Assembly (NCBI RefSeq): GCF_009914755.1
Contig: NC_060929.1
DNA: 64,000 nt
Origin: the human T2T-CHM13v2.0 reference genome, Homo sapiens
Direction: 5' to 3' (one strand)
Shown here: piece by piece, positions 1-19,914 of the stretch
How the letters are laid out: each line of letters opens with the position of its first letter
Position numbering within the stretch: the stretch's first letter is position 1
Notes under the pieces: generated by a model
Databases searched by the model: none
Told to the model about the DNA's origin: nothing
Seen by the model: only the letters and a program-made list of their open reading frames with translations
Program-made: the position numbers and the translations under genes

Positions 1-139
1 GAGACTAAGTTTAACCAAATACCAGCTGTGGTTGGAGAATGTTGTTGTATGGGGAAAAGAGGCTGATATTCCTAAGTCCTTTAGCAAGTTTAGAAGCAGG
101 CCCTTGATAGTAGAAATGTATGAGAGTCTTCAAGAGGCC

Positions 140-4850
<4,711 letters not shown>

Positions 4851-5224
4851 TCATAGTCCTTCTGAGCTCTCTGATACTCCCAGCTTTGGGAGGTGGGTCA
4901 GCACCTTAAGTCAATTTCCTACTAGTCTTATTGGTTTCCATAGACCTAAGAGAGTCAATATACCTCAATCAATAAAGCATGTCAAAATGTTTTCTCCCCA
5001 AAAACATTAAACACAATTGTATTGGCACTATTCATTTTCAATCAACAACGTCTCTCCCACTTCTTTGTTGACAGACCCTTATTATCCATTTCTCAGTGAT
5101 CCTATCCCCACCTCATCAGCTCAGAAAAAAAGCTAAATGAATTTAAGACCAGTATGTGTTCTTATGGCTTAAGCCACTGTTCATCAGGTTTTCTGTTAAT
5201 TACAAGTTAACCCTGGTAAAAGAA

Positions 5225-5490
5225 ATAATGGATAGCACTTAAAGTTTGTATTATGTGCTGAAAGCTTTCCAAGTGCTTCACGTGGACTGATTCATTCAGT
5301 CTTCACAACAATCCTAAGAGAATGATGATGATGATGATGATGATTATCATCGTCATCATCCCTATTTTACATCTGAGGAAATGGAGGCACAAAGATGTTA
5401 ACTTGTCCAGTGTGTCAGAGATAATATTTACAGAGTTAGCGTTTACATCTAGGCATATGGTTCCATCATCTGTGCTCTTTATCACTATAT
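5225..5490 (+). mobile_element. MIR remnant containing an (ATG)n microsatellite at about 5322-5344
   Basis: MIR core-like CCTATTTTACATCTGAGGAAATGGAGGCACAAAGATGTTAACTTGTCC; trinucleotide run seen directly. Confidence 0.75.
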
Positions 5491-5884
5491 TAGACTACCT
5501 GAATATGATAGAATGATTTATAATAACATATAAAAATTATCAGATTGAGTTGCCTTATTTTTGACCACAAATTAAACATTAACACATGGATTAAGCAAAA
5601 CCATGTAGTTGTCCATTATACCCAGGCTAAATTTTGTTACCTGGTCTGTGTTTTAGAAGTCATATGGCCAAGGGCTCTGCTATAATCCATTAAAACCTTT
5701 TATTCTCTGTCTGCCCTAGATTAGAGCTTGCCAGGAGAGCAATTTAACAATTGGTAACTGTTTAAACATTACCCCTGAAGGAAGCCTTCCATTCCTGCTT
5801 ATCTCTTTGTGTAGCCTTGTTCTCGTAGCCTCCTACTCAGAAATCAACTGAGATCTATCTGTAGGAATAATGCTGTTCAAAAAA

Positions 5885-6020
5885 ATATTTCCTTCTTGTA
5901 TTCAGCACTGCTAGAGACTTAGAAGTGGGTGCATGGAGAGATATTTTTTTCTTGCCTATTGCCAGCACTGCTAGACACTTAGAAGTGGAAGGTGTGAAGA
6001 GACATTTCTTTCTTGTGTCC
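5885..6020. repeat. Imperfect tandem duplication, period about 60 bp
   Basis: CAGCACTGCTAGA(G/C)ACTTAGAAGTGG at 5903 and again at 5963, with similar flanks. Confidence 0.8.
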
Positions 6021-7050
6021 ATTCTTTATTTTTGTTTATTTTGTTTGCTATCGTTGTTTGGCTTTAGGTACCTAGATTTTAAACATACCATGGGCCAAAA
6101 TCTGACCAAATTCTTTCCCAAATGCATTTATTTTCCTGCAAGGAGTGAGGTTGCAGAAAGTAAAACCAGATATCTGAGTTATTATACTCAATCAGTAGCT
6201 CTGCTGGTCTGGTCCCCAGTGGCTGAGAAATTGTGTTTTTGAGAAGCATGTGTGCTCATCAACACAACTATATAAACAACTCACCAAGTTAACACAAGAT
6301 AAGGATTGTCCCAGTGGCCAAGGTATTTCAGATAAGCTAAATAACTATGTAAAATGAACAATTAAACAAAACAATGTCATAATTTTTACACTTTTTTTCA
6401 TTTGGATACCAAAATACACACAAACACATATACACACAGAAAACAACAAGAACAACAACAAAAAGAGTATCATTTGCAAAGTCCCTGTGTTGGGGACAGA
6501 AATCTTGATGTAGATTTTCAAGGCATTTCATGAAAATAAAGATATTGAAGTCTTCCTATTTCTGAGCCCCAACTTTCTCTTTGTGAGACAAGTTTTTGAT
6601 AGACTAGAAAATTGTCTCTTAAGGTTCTTGTCAGGTCAAAAACCTTGCTCCCTCACCTCGATTCCCATGCTCTTTACAGCTCCTCCTTTTATGGTACTAA
6701 TTGCATCCCATTGTTCTGTAATTAGCAGGGAGAGTTTCTTTCTGTCTCCTACCACTTGACATGAATGCAAAGTCAGATATTAACCCAACAATGGCCCAGG
6801 ACTGAGGCTTTGAAATGAATAGATTGATGTCAAATCCTCAATCCAAATTTTGAATGCTATTGCTGTAAGAAAATTATCAAAATCATCATCATTCTAGAAA
6901 TTCACAGGAAGCAATCAGGCAACTATTACTAAAAGCTATGCTTTGATAATATGGAGATTAAGACCCTTGGGCACTTATCTAACATGTGCTGACTATAATT
7001 ACAATATGTGTACAATCTGAAAAGATGAGTGTTTTTAAAGATTTTTGAGT

Positions 7051-7621
<571 letters not shown>

Positions 7622-7688
7622 CTAAAGGGATTTAAAGGACAGATTTTTTTTGTGTGTGTTCTATGTGATTAGAAATACGCTGCTATCG

Positions 7689-8000
<312 letters not shown>

Positions 8001-8573
8001 CTATCACAGAGAAGATGTTGAAACAAACAAAAAAAGGCAAAGAATGAATGAATGCAAAATGTGTTCCTTCAAAAGAAAAAACAAAACAAAAAATGTATAA
8101 GAAAGGAACAAAAGGAAGAGGAGAGAAAGGGAGGAAGGAGCCCCTAATTCCATTAGTTGGAAGAAACTGTTGTAAGAGAGGAAAGGAGGAAAAGGAGTGC
8201 ATTTCAAGGCCAAGCAGGATACCGCGGTAGAGCTCTAAGAGAGTCTGCTCATTTCTCTACATCTCATGGATTTGGGAGAGCCTCCCCAAGCAGGTTCCTC
8301 CTGCCTTTGGGGAGAGCCTCAGAGAAGCAGGTTGGCCAAGATGTAAGAGTTTTTGAATTTTGCTTTTCAACTGCTAGATAACAGCCACATGAATGAAGGA
8401 GTTTACCAACTTAATCATGCTAATCCCCTCCACCCAGAGTGGAATTAAGTGTCTTCTTTCCAAGAGAGATAGGAGTCCTCCAATCCTCCCAGTGCTCAGA
8501 TCCTTGTCTGCAATTGATCATCGCCAAGTCTGATATGCAAAAAACAAACACAAAAAATTAAAGAACCTACTGA

Positions 8574-8973
<400 letters not shown>

Positions 8974-10569
8974 AAGCCCATCTCTTAATTAAGAGAAATT
9001 CTCTCCAGGTAGTTGTATAGTTGATTCGTTCCTTTAAGTTAAAAAAAAAATGCAGAAATAGCAGGATGAGAGATCACTATGTACCACAACTTGTCTCCTA
9101 TCCTTTCCCATCCCCCATTGCTCCAAGAGAAAATGTGCTTTGTAGAAAGCTCAAAATGTGAATGAAAGAAAAGCGCTGGAGTTGAGACAAATTTCTAGTT
9201 TGGAAACAAAAGCACCAATATCATAATGAAAATTGTTCTCTACCATAGGGGACACTGGCCCAGTGCTCCCAGCTTACAGCCCTAGGACTTCAGACAACCA
9301 CAAGGAGTTAACATTTGCTGAGTGCTTGCGGTGCAGGCTGAGCGCTTATGCACATTATCTCTTTTGAAAATCTTTTTGGAACAAAGATTTGTTACTTTCA
9401 TGCCTACAGCACAGAATCCATGATAGAGATTATTATTTTTGGAGAAATTATTTAACCGAAATAATTATAGCTACTTCACCAGCTACTTCGTAAGCCCTGA
9501 TTTAAAAAAGAAAAAAATCTTGGCTCAGAAACAAGCCAAGAGAACATAACACAGTCCTCTAAACTCAACTTTAAAGTTGTCTTTGTCTCAATTTCACACT
9601 CTTGTCTGCAAACCCAGCCTTTACATAAGAGGCCGACCTCACTGGGTGTGGCTGGCATGCCCAGACAGGAGACGTAAACATTTCTCTTTGGGGATCAGCA
9701 TTTGGGGCAACCTTAGAGCACTGTCACCATGTGGCCGGAGTCCTAGATCTCAGGAAGAAAGCTGAGGTTCTGAGTAAGTTGAATCAGAGAATATGAGGAC
9801 AAAAAAAAAGGGAGAACCTGACAACTGGTTAATGTGGAGCAATTGTCAGCTTTAGAAGCCCATTCAGGCTGGAGAGAGACCCATCCTCCTAATATGACAG
9901 CCATGGGTCATGACAGAATTAGACCTGGGTTTTCCAGGTGTCTGTAGGTGTACCAGGGAAAGCCAGGAGAGCCAACAGCAGTTCCACACCAACCCAGCTC
10001 AGGAAGGCGGACCGAACAGCGGCACAGAAAGCAGCTTGTACAGTCAGCAACCCTGAAACAAACGCTCCTCTCCAATGCAATGCCAATCGGACTCCTTCGC
10101 CAGGAGTAAACGTGATTCTTCTTGCGATTAGTTCAGAAACTTGCCTTCCAGAGATTAAAAGAAAGCAGCTTTGGAGAGGTTGGATGCAGTTGTAAAAAGA
10201 AAAATGCCTGAGCTTTGCAGAGAAAGCTGGACATGTACTTGACCCAGTTACAATCTTCCTTTCTCTTTTTTCCTGCTGGTTCAGGAGCATATCTCTTTCC
10301 TTACTTGAAAGAAATGTTTCCTTTGCAGTGGGATTTTGATTTTAAAGTTAGGTTATGTTCATTTTAATTTTCTTTTCTTCTGTGTTTTTTCTTTTAAAAA
10401 CATTATATGAAAATTAACAGTTGCTCCTTATAGAAAATATGGAAAAATACAAAAGAGAAAATTAAAATCACACCTAATTCTACCATTTGGATGATCACTG
10501 TTAATATTTTAATTTTTCTTTATTATTTTCAAGTCTTTTAAGTTTTCATTATGTTTGTGTATGTTCATA

Positions 10570-10592
10570 TGTGTGTGTATGCACACACACGC

Positions 10593-10619
<27 letters not shown>
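10570..10619. repeat. (TG)n/(CA)n/(TA)n compound microsatellite within an old L1M-like remnant
   Basis: Direct observation; the (TA)n run spans about 10593-10619. Confidence 0.85.
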
Positions 10620-10623
<4 letters not shown>

Positions 10624-13600
10624 TTTTACAAAATTGGGATTTTCCAAAATATCGTTTTGTGATCTGCTTTTTTCCACTTATTATAATGGAAACATTCTCA
10701 AGCAATTAAATGTGTTTCTTTGAAAACACATTTTTTAAATGACTACATAATTACTATTCCTTTTCAAGCTTTAACAGTCTGAGTGCAGTACATTAAATAA
10801 AATAATGTATCTATATTTTCCATTTTGATGTAACTTTAAGCCATTTGTGTTTGATTGCACTCATTTAATGTACTTCTCTATTGTTTTTGCAAGTTCAGAC
10901 GCTTTAAGTGCAGCCAATTAAATTGAAAACACTAAGCACATCAGGAAAGATTTACCGATGGTATAAGCCACTAAAGAAACCTAAGCCAGCTGTTATTTCG
11001 CAAAACAGCTGTATCTATCTACAATCAAAGTCCACCTCCTATAAATAAGAGATTGCTTATTTGTTATGATTTTAGGTGCTACAGTAGGCTGGTTTCATTT
11101 TCTGGTGATGGCACTGTGTCTTCCCAAACATTCAGAAACCTTTTAACCCAATAGATGGCATTTAATATTAGACCATCGGCCATTTAGAAAAATCTAGATA
11201 ATTGACTGCATTATTGGAAGGACTTAACTTTTGAACAGGTACTATTCCCAAAATCTGCTTTCAAGCTTGTTTGGAGCTCTTAGGAAACTTTCTCCCAAAG
11301 AAACGAGCTCTAAGAGGTGGGCAGCTGACAAGGAACCTGAGGCATCACATGCCATGCGAGGAGTTCCATCCAACAGCTCAGTGATGACTCTGGGAGAAAA
11401 TGAATTCCAAACACTTTGGTGGGATCAGTGACTCTTTCTCACCTTTCACCCCAGCTAGCCAGCAGCAGGAATGAGGATTCCAGAGGAGAAACGTGGAAAA
11501 CTCAAAAAGCAGAATTGGGAAAAGAAGGTTCCAGGGAAATCTGCCTCCTCCTCGGGGCCCTCTTGGTGTCCGTCAGCTTCTGGACACTCTTCTCTGAGCA
11601 CCTCAGGGTGGCTCTACCTGCTTCGACTTTCTGCCATCATCACCTTTTCACATGCCTCAAGCTTCACACTCTACCCTGACCCACTTCCCAATTCTCTTAA
11701 GCCATCCTTTTCTTAAAGCAAGTTCAAAATCTTTTTTGAGGCTTTCAAAAAAGCACCTTGCTAGGAAACTGGGAAAAGAAAATTCAAAGCTCCCTCCTGA
11801 GTCAACTCATAATTGTAATATTCTATAGGGAAAGACAAGGATGACAGTAGGAAATAAGGCAGGTCTTACAGCACATAGAGGTCTAAAGAAAAACATGCGT
11901 CTGCATTTCAGAGGAACATTCTATGTCAATGACCTCTCTGAATATGGAGCCCCAGAAAAAAAGAAAGAAGAGCCAGACCCTAAAGGCAGAGACTAGGAAT
12001 TCCACTTAAGGACCTCACAGGTAGCAAAGGGAGAAAACCTATGGAAGAATCAACTTCCTGTCTTCTTTTCCTCCCTTTTGCTATTATAATCGCCACCACC
12101 ATCTGGATGAAAATGAAGGTACATTAAGAAGGGAATGAACATTTCCCAAGTTCTTGTCATTGATCAAGAATTGGTCTCTTGCAGAAGAGGGAATGAGACT
12201 CAGGGAGGTTAAGTAAGAAACAAGGACAAAAGTGGAGCAGTGCGAGGATGCCATTCTTCTCAGGAGCAAAGCCAACAACCAATTGGAGGACAGAAGGAAG
12301 TCCCAAAGAGTGTCAGCTGCGAGGGGAGGGTAGCCCTGTTTCTTGACTGCCCATCCCTGATCCTGAGAAAAATAGGCTTCCATTCCAAAGACTGCCCCTG
12401 CATTTGGAATGGATGTAAGGCATGCATCTGTAAATTGGGGCTGCGATTTGATTTTCATTCAGATGTTTTGGCATCATACACACACCACCAGGGCATGTTT
12501 TAGTTTCTACCAAAACAAAAGAAGCTCAGAAGAAGTTCTTTATAATTAAGTCTTTCCAACCAGGCAGCCACTCCTCCTTCTCCAGACTTCACTGTAAAGC
12601 TCCAAATTTGGTTCCAGGATCCCACTGAAGCCTACAGTCTAGAAACAAGTCAGGATTTAAACGTGGATTCTATTATTCCCAAAAGGAATGGTGCCATGTC
12701 TTACTTTCTGTTGTTTTTATGTAAACTTAACAGGATTTTTTTTTTCTCTTTCAGGATCACCCAATTGTAAATTTCATAGCTTCTTTCTTTTCCCTTTAGC
12801 TGTTTATATCAGTTTTTCAAATGGTTCATATAAAAAGTTTATATACTCTAAAGCCTTCCAATAAATCTAAGTTGTATACACTGTGATCTCTAGAAAAGTT
12901 ACCTTTTCTATGGTAATTAACTTAGAGCTGTATTGTCTTATTTTAATAAATCATTTAACACTTGATATTCTCATTGACAAATAATATTCATTAAAAAAAT
13001 TCCTAAGCAGAAGAGATGGATTAGAAGTTCAGACAATAATTGATATCTTAATAAAGATTCCTTCATATTTAGCAGATTACATTTTATCGCTCAGTTTAGA
13101 AATTGGCATCCCAAATGTTGTAGAAACAAAAATATGAGTATTCTTGGGATAGTCTTATTTTGAAAGCGTAAGAAAACCCTTGACAATTGTACACAAAAGA
13201 TCCAGACTCTCAGCAGTGACTTGGGAGGAGGATGCAGTTCCTAACAGCAGCAAGGCAGCAAAAAAAAAAAAAAAAGGCACCTCACCTACTTATAAAGGAA
13301 AAATTATTTGGACCTATTCTTGTGCTCAATTGTCCCCTCAGCATAGAATATATGCAACTGCTTCATTAGCACCACCATCAATTAGAAGTTCTTTGCAGTC
13401 TAAACATATTGGACAACTTTATTTCTGAAGGGAAGCAGTGTCCAGTTCCCCAGGCTATTGCAATGCCAAATCCCAGAAGCAAAACAAGATTTTCTTCATT
13501 GCTCTAATGGGACGCAAGATGTTCCTGAGGTTTAAAGTTTGACTTTTACAGGCACTTTCCTTTTGCCTTCAGAACTATTTTATACTTACGTGGTATGGTC

Positions 13601-13986
13601 CTTCAATTTCCACAGGCAAATTTATTTCCTAAAACAGAAGTCAAAAGTCAAAGAAGACTAAAAGACTTCAGTCCAGAGACTTCTGAAGACCTTGGATTTC
13701 ATTTATATTTTTTGTGCCTTGGGTAATTATTTATGTGGCTTATGTTATTTTGGATAAAGAGGACTTGCTCTTAAAATTAGATGAATGGAAAAACATGACA
13801 AGTCAATGCATTTATAGAATACTGGCATGGAATATGCACTATTGCTTCACTTTCACTATTTAATCACTAATAATTAGATCTTGAAATAAGTAGATGTATA
13901 TTAGTTATATAACCAAACCTTTACCTTTCATCAGTGTTTATTTACAAGGCACGATTATTTTCAATAGATATAGTTTTTCTTTCTAA

Positions 13987-14292
<306 letters not shown>

Positions 14293-16159
14293 TCTAAAGT
14301 TTTATGTAATATTTTGCCCCTGAACCTGTTCTCTTTTTTATTATTCTGTTCCATTATTATGATTTTCCCTTATTTTCTTACTTTAAACATATTTATTTTG
14401 TAGCATTCTACATTTCATATTGCCTAAGTTTTGCGATATAAACTTTTCTGCTTTTTGTTCTATCATTTTGTTCTGTGGCATGGGGTGGGGTGTATTTTGT
14501 ATGTTGGGAATTGTAAAAAAGGACATAGAGAGTGATTTTGAGACTTCATCTAAAAGAAGCCCCCATGTTTTCATCAGGCCATAGTCAGTTTCTACATTAA
14601 TTTCTCAGCTTGGGATTCCCCAACATACCCGTAGGGTAAATTTGGATTCCACACCCATGCATGGCACACTTGTGAAGTTTCCATTTATCATGGGAAGTAT
14701 TTTTTCCATCGAAACCCAGGGTATTCTTGCATTTCCTGAGAGCTTCCCTGGGCCAGTGGGCGGTTTTCAAATTTCTCTTTTACTGAAGGAGCAGGCATTC
14801 ATGACTCTGGGTTTTGCATTTATGGAAGTAAATACAGTAGGAGAATGATAAATAAACCATGTTATATTATACAGGGATTAAAAAGTAATAATGACTTCCA
14901 AGACATAGTTTGAAGTTGCAGCATGATACATATAGTGTGATACATACCCACATATATATACATATAAGAAGCAGTACCAAATATTTTTATAGGTGCATAT
15001 ATACGTATATGAGAACAGAGAAAAGGTATGGATAGATACATGCTATAGTAGTAGTACTAGAGGTTGAGCTTAGAATTGGAACTCAGGTCAAGAAATGAGA
15101 AGAGGCTATAGCTTTATGGGTTGCATCTAATTTAGTCAATGAAAATGTAGATGTATATTAGTTATATAACTAAAAATCAATAGTTATATTTAATTATATT
15201 TAAACAGAGACCACGTAACTGAATTCACAATAGCTTCTTTTTCACCTTATGTAATTTCTCAATCAACAGATACTAAAAAGTCATGTTAATTCATGAAAAT
15301 TGTTGAGGCACAACGGGCCTCACAATGACATTCCTGATTATCTCTGTTCTTAGCCACGTGCCTGTTTATGTAATTAATGGCTATGTTCGTGAAGCTAGAA
15401 AAGTAATCTGGCATTATTATGAATCTGTAAATCCAGTATGTGTGAAGACCATGACCAAGGCAAGGAGACCACACTAAGGTACATTGAGTAGGAAAGTATC
15501 TTATGGACCTGCTGCTGCCACAAAAGTTAATGTAAGAAAGACAACATTTCAGAGGCCCTCACAGTGAAAGCTACTTTACCTGCACTTTGATCTATAAAAT
15601 GGACCAAATGGTAAGATCAAATAACCAAAAAAAGCCACCTTACCTCTTTCTTTGATATGTGTCACACAGGATTGCCTGTCTTTGGAGATTCTTACTTAGT
15701 ATGTGGTACACTTACACAGTGGCATGCCAGATATTCCTATTACCACTGAAATTTAATGCTTATCTTGTTTCCCTCTTAGATTCTCTGAGTTTTTGTTTAA
15801 AAAAAAAAAGTTAACCCAAACATATTGAGACCTACATCTCCTGGCAGGAATTTCTACAAATATAGAGTGAAGGACTTTTAGATTCAAATCATTTTAGCTA
15901 CCTACCTTAGACCCTGTGGTGTTCTAGGAAGGCTTATTTTTATAGTGAAGAGGCTCAAGAAAAGATAATAAGGAGACTTAGCAGCCTAAAACAATCTCAT
16001 GTCAACTACAAGATGACCATGGAACAGCCTATACACACTGCCGATAAGTTGGCTCAGCCCCCTTCAATCCAACTCATCCTTTAGATCACCAAGAATGCAC
16101 CTTTGCCAGAAGTGAAAAAGGAACAACAGCCAACATGTACCTTTAAAATGGGAAATGTC

Positions 16160-17869
16160 ATTGTGAATAGTGCTGCAATAAACATACGTGTGCCTGTGTC
16201 TTTACAGTAGAATGATTTATAACCCTTTGGGTATGCACCCAGTAATGGGATTGCTGGCTCAAATGGTATTTCTGGTTCTAGATCCTTCAGGTATCACCAC
16301 ACTGTCTTCCACAATGGTTGAACTAATTTACACTGCCACAAATAGTGTAAAAGCATTCCTATTTCTCCACATCCTCTCCAGCACCTGTTGTTTCCTAACT
16401 TTTTAATGATCGCCATTCTAACTGGTGTGAGATGGTATCTCCTTGTAGTTTTGATTTGCATTTGTCTAATGACCAGTGATAAGCTTTTTTTTTCTTTTCT
16501 TAATTATACTTTAAGTTCTAGGGTACATGTGCACAACATGCAGGTTTGACACATAGGTATATATGTGCCATGTTGTTTTGCTGCACCCATCAACTCATCA
16601 TTTACATTAGGTATTTCTCCTAATGCTATCCCTCCCCCAGCCCCCCACCGCCCGACAGGCCCTGGTGTGTCATGTTCCCCCGAATGTGTCCAAATGATCT
16701 CATTGTTCAATTCCCACGTATGAGTGAGAACATGCGGTGTTTGATTTTCTGTCCTTGTGATAGTTTGCTGAGAATGATGGTTTCCAGCTTCATCCATGTC
16801 CCTGCAAAGACATGAACTGATGATGAACTTTTTTCATATGTTTTTTGGCCACATAAATGTCTTCTTTTGAGAAGTGTCTGTTCATATCCTTCACCCACTT
16901 TTTGATGTTTTTTTTTTCTTGTAAATTTAAGATCCTTGTAGATTCAAGATCCTTATAGATTCTGGAATATTAGCCCTTTGTCAGACGGATTACAAAAATT
17001 TTCTCCCATTCTGTAGGTTGCCTGTTCACTCTGATGATCATTTATTTTGCTGTGCAGAAACTCCTTAATTAGATCTCACTTGTCAATTTTGACTTTTGTT
17101 GCCATTGCTTTTGGTGTTTAAGTCATGAAGTCTTTGCCCATGCCTGTGTCCTGAATGGTATTGCCTAGGTTTTCTTCTAGGGTTTTTATGGTTTTAGGTC
17201 TTATGTTTAAGTCTTTAATCCAGACTTGGAACATACCCAAATAAAGAAAATGTGGCACATATATACCATGGAATACTATGCAACCATAAACAAGGATGAG
17301 TTCATGTCCTTTGCAGGGACATGGATGAAGCTGGAAACCATCACTCTCAGCAAACTAACACAGGAACAAAAAACCAAACACCGCATGTTCTCACTCGTAA
17401 GTGGGAGTTGAACAATGAGAACACATGGACACAGGGAGGGGAACATCATACACCGGGACCTGTCGGTGAGTAGGGGGCTAGGGGAGGGATAGCATTAGGA
17501 GAAATACCTAATGTAGGTGACGGGTTGATGGGTACGGCAAACCACCATGGCACATGTATACCTATGTAACAAACCTGCACTTTCTGCACATGTATGTGCA
17601 GAAAAGCTCAAAAACAGCTAAGGGCTCCACCCGGTTGGCATTTCTAAAGTTAATGTATGTTACCTAAAAAACAGTTCTCACATTTCCACAATCCTACAAG
17701 GTTCTGGAGTCTCTGTATTTTTCACCCAATGTCTGAGAAATGACTTGCTGTATTTGCAAATTGAATAAAATGATGAAATCTGAGTGCAAATGTTTTAAAT
17801 ATAATTTTAAAACTTAAAGTATAATTTTAAAAAATTTAAAAACTTAAAGTATAATTTAAAAAAAAAGAA
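16160..17869. mobile_element. 5'-inverted (twin-primed) L1PA: antisense part about 16160-17222, sense 3' part about 17223-17869
   Basis: A single 15-bp TSD AAAATGGGAAATGTC at 16145-16159 and 17870-17884 encloses two oppositely oriented L1 segments. Sense part encodes the ORF2 end [12 protein letters not shown]. Confidence 0.9.
16490..16817 (-). mobile_element. Second short L1PA 3' end nested in the inverted part of the L1 above
   Basis: Own poly-T and 3' UTR (TTATACTTTAAGTTCTAGGGTACATGTG). The host L1 resumes at TGATGATGAACTTTTTTCATATG. Confidence 0.85.
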
Positions 17870-18570
17870 AAAATGGGAAATGTCTTTAAAACAGAGAGAT
17901 CACATTCTTCCATAAGCAAGAACCCATTCATAGATCTGGAATTAGCCAGAAAGAAAGGAGTTCTGCAATGCTAAGCCAAAGGAATCGAGACAACTTGACT
18001 CTCAGGAATGTTTCTGAAGCCGGCATCCTCTTCAGAGTATGAAGAGGCCTCAGGGGTGTGCAAGAGTCTCGTCTGTCAGACAAAATGTCACGGAGAACCA
18101 CTTCTCATTTTGAATCAAGTCATCTAAAAAGTAAAACAAAACAAAACAATTGTATCATAATGGCAATGAGGACGTCAAAACACTCACCGCTATCAGTGCC
18201 TGGTCAGTGAGGTCTAGACCCATGTTGCTGAGGGAGATTCCAAAACACAGGGTTTAAAGTAGGCAGTTTTTATTCAAAAGGAAGAAACACCATCAGAACT
18301 CATGAGAGGAATTCTCCAAATGCTTACTTTAGAAATCAATTTCCCATCAGTTTTTCAAAAACACTTTTCCTGGTACATGAACATTTGCATACAGATTTCG
18401 TCATTTTATTCAATTTGCAAATACAGCAAGTCATTTCTCAGACACTGGGTGAAAAATACAAAGACTCCAGAGCCTTGTAGGATTGTGGAAATGTGAGAGC
18501 TGTTTTTTAGGTAACATACATTAACTTTAGAAATGCCAACTGGGTGGAGCCCGTAGCTGTTTTTGAGCTT
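17604..18570. repeat. 191-bp inverted repeat (arms 17604-17794 and 18380-18570)
   Basis: Manual alignment: ungapped, 9 mismatches in 191 bp, 585-bp spacer. Confidence 0.93.
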
Positions 18571-19019
18571 CTTTATAATAGCACCATTGTACATTTGTCT
18601 ACTCAAAGTTTAATGAGTTTTAATATTATCCCTTCAAGCAAGGGAGCATCTTATATCCACAGAAACATCCTTATGAATCTAAGCATAGGAGACTCATTTA
18701 CTTTCCCCTGCTAGATAAAATCTTGGTTTAAAGGTTGCAGTGAAAAGTTGCATTGCATAGGGAGTTAAACTTTGAGTTCTCATTTTTTCAATATAGCTTA
18801 GTTGTTTTCAGGTATGCATTAATATTTCCACCTGATGCCAGATGGGTTGGCAGTTTTGGCAGGTAGAACTAAGCATAAACAAGGATTGAGAATTAGGTCC
18901 AGGATTCCATTAAGAGCACGTGTCATCATACAAGTCAAAGAGTAAGAATCACTGGGGTGTTATTGCTGGAAAGGTTTTTTATAAATCTGCTGAATTTTTC
19001 CATTTGACAGGAGAGGAAA

Positions 19020-19450
19020 CAAATGATAACAACTATAGTGACCATCAATGGAGCATTTTGCTTTAATGTATTTTCTCATTGAATTCTCAGTGCTACCTTG
19101 TGAGGGATATACTATCATTATCCCATTTAGAGATGAGGAGACTGAGGCTGGAACATATCAAGAACTTTCTCTGAATGTCTACTCAAATGTCACCTTATCT
19201 GGGAGGTATTCCCTTTGTGAAATAGCAGCACGACCTTGGCACTCCCTCTTCCTCTCATATGGCTTTGTTTTTCTTCTTGCCACTTGTTTCTATTTGACAC
19301 ACATGTATTCACTTTTATATTGTTATCTCACCCTTCTAGCACGTAAGCTTCATGGGGAAACTGATTTTGCTTTACCCACTGCTATTTTCCCAGCACAGAG
19401 AGTACCTGGCATATAGTTGGTGCTCAGTAAATATTTGCTGAATAAAGAAA
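19020..19450 (+). mobile_element. MIR remnant followed by an L2 3' end
   Basis: CCCATTTAGAGATGAGGAGACTGAGGCT (MIR core), then CCTGGCATATAGTTGGTGCTCAGTAAATATTTGCTGAAT (L2 terminus). Confidence 0.75.
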
Positions 19451-19556
19451 TTATTAAAGAAACTTGCCCAAGGCCAGCTTTTAATTGGTGGACCCAGTAT
19501 TTGCAGCTGGACTGTTGCCCTGAAGCCACACATTTTGGTTACTTGAGGTCACTTAG

Positions 19557-19914
19557 CGTCTTAGTCCATTTGGGTTGCTATACAAGATACCATGGACTGG
19601 GTGGTTTATAAACAACAGACATTTATTTCTTACAGTTCTGGAAGCTGGAAAGTCCATGATCAAGGCACTGGCAGATTAGGCGACTAATGAGGGCCTCCTT
19701 TCTGGTTCATAGATGGTGTCTTCTTGCTTCTTGATGATAGAAGGGATGAGGAGTCTTTCTGGGGCCTCTGTTGTAAGCACTAGTCCCATTCATAAGGGCT
19801 CTACCCTCATGGCCTATGTACCTCCAAAGGCTCCACTTACTAATACTAGCACTTTGGGGGCTAGGACTTCAACATATACATTTGAGGGAGACACAAAAAC
19901 TTCAGTCCATTGCG
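19557..19914 (-). mobile_element. MaLR solo LTR (MLT1A-like)
   Basis: Typical GTCTTAGTCCATTTGGG...ACAGTTCTGGAAGCTGGAAAGTCC text. 5-bp TSD CTTAG at 19552-19556 and 19915-19919. Confidence 0.85.

Noticed and set aside
5322-5516. Poly-Met ORF
   Set aside because: (ATG)n microsatellite inside a MIR.
8981-8996. Perfect 16-bp palindrome TCTCTTAATTAAGAGA
   Set aside because: Short and AT-rich next to an Alu TSD; no support for function.
9919-10290. Overlapping 123-aa (minus) and 85-aa (plus) ORFs in non-repeat DNA with a hydrophobic stretch
   Set aside because: No domain similarity or convincing splice-site pair; the lengths are compatible with chance in 64 kb.
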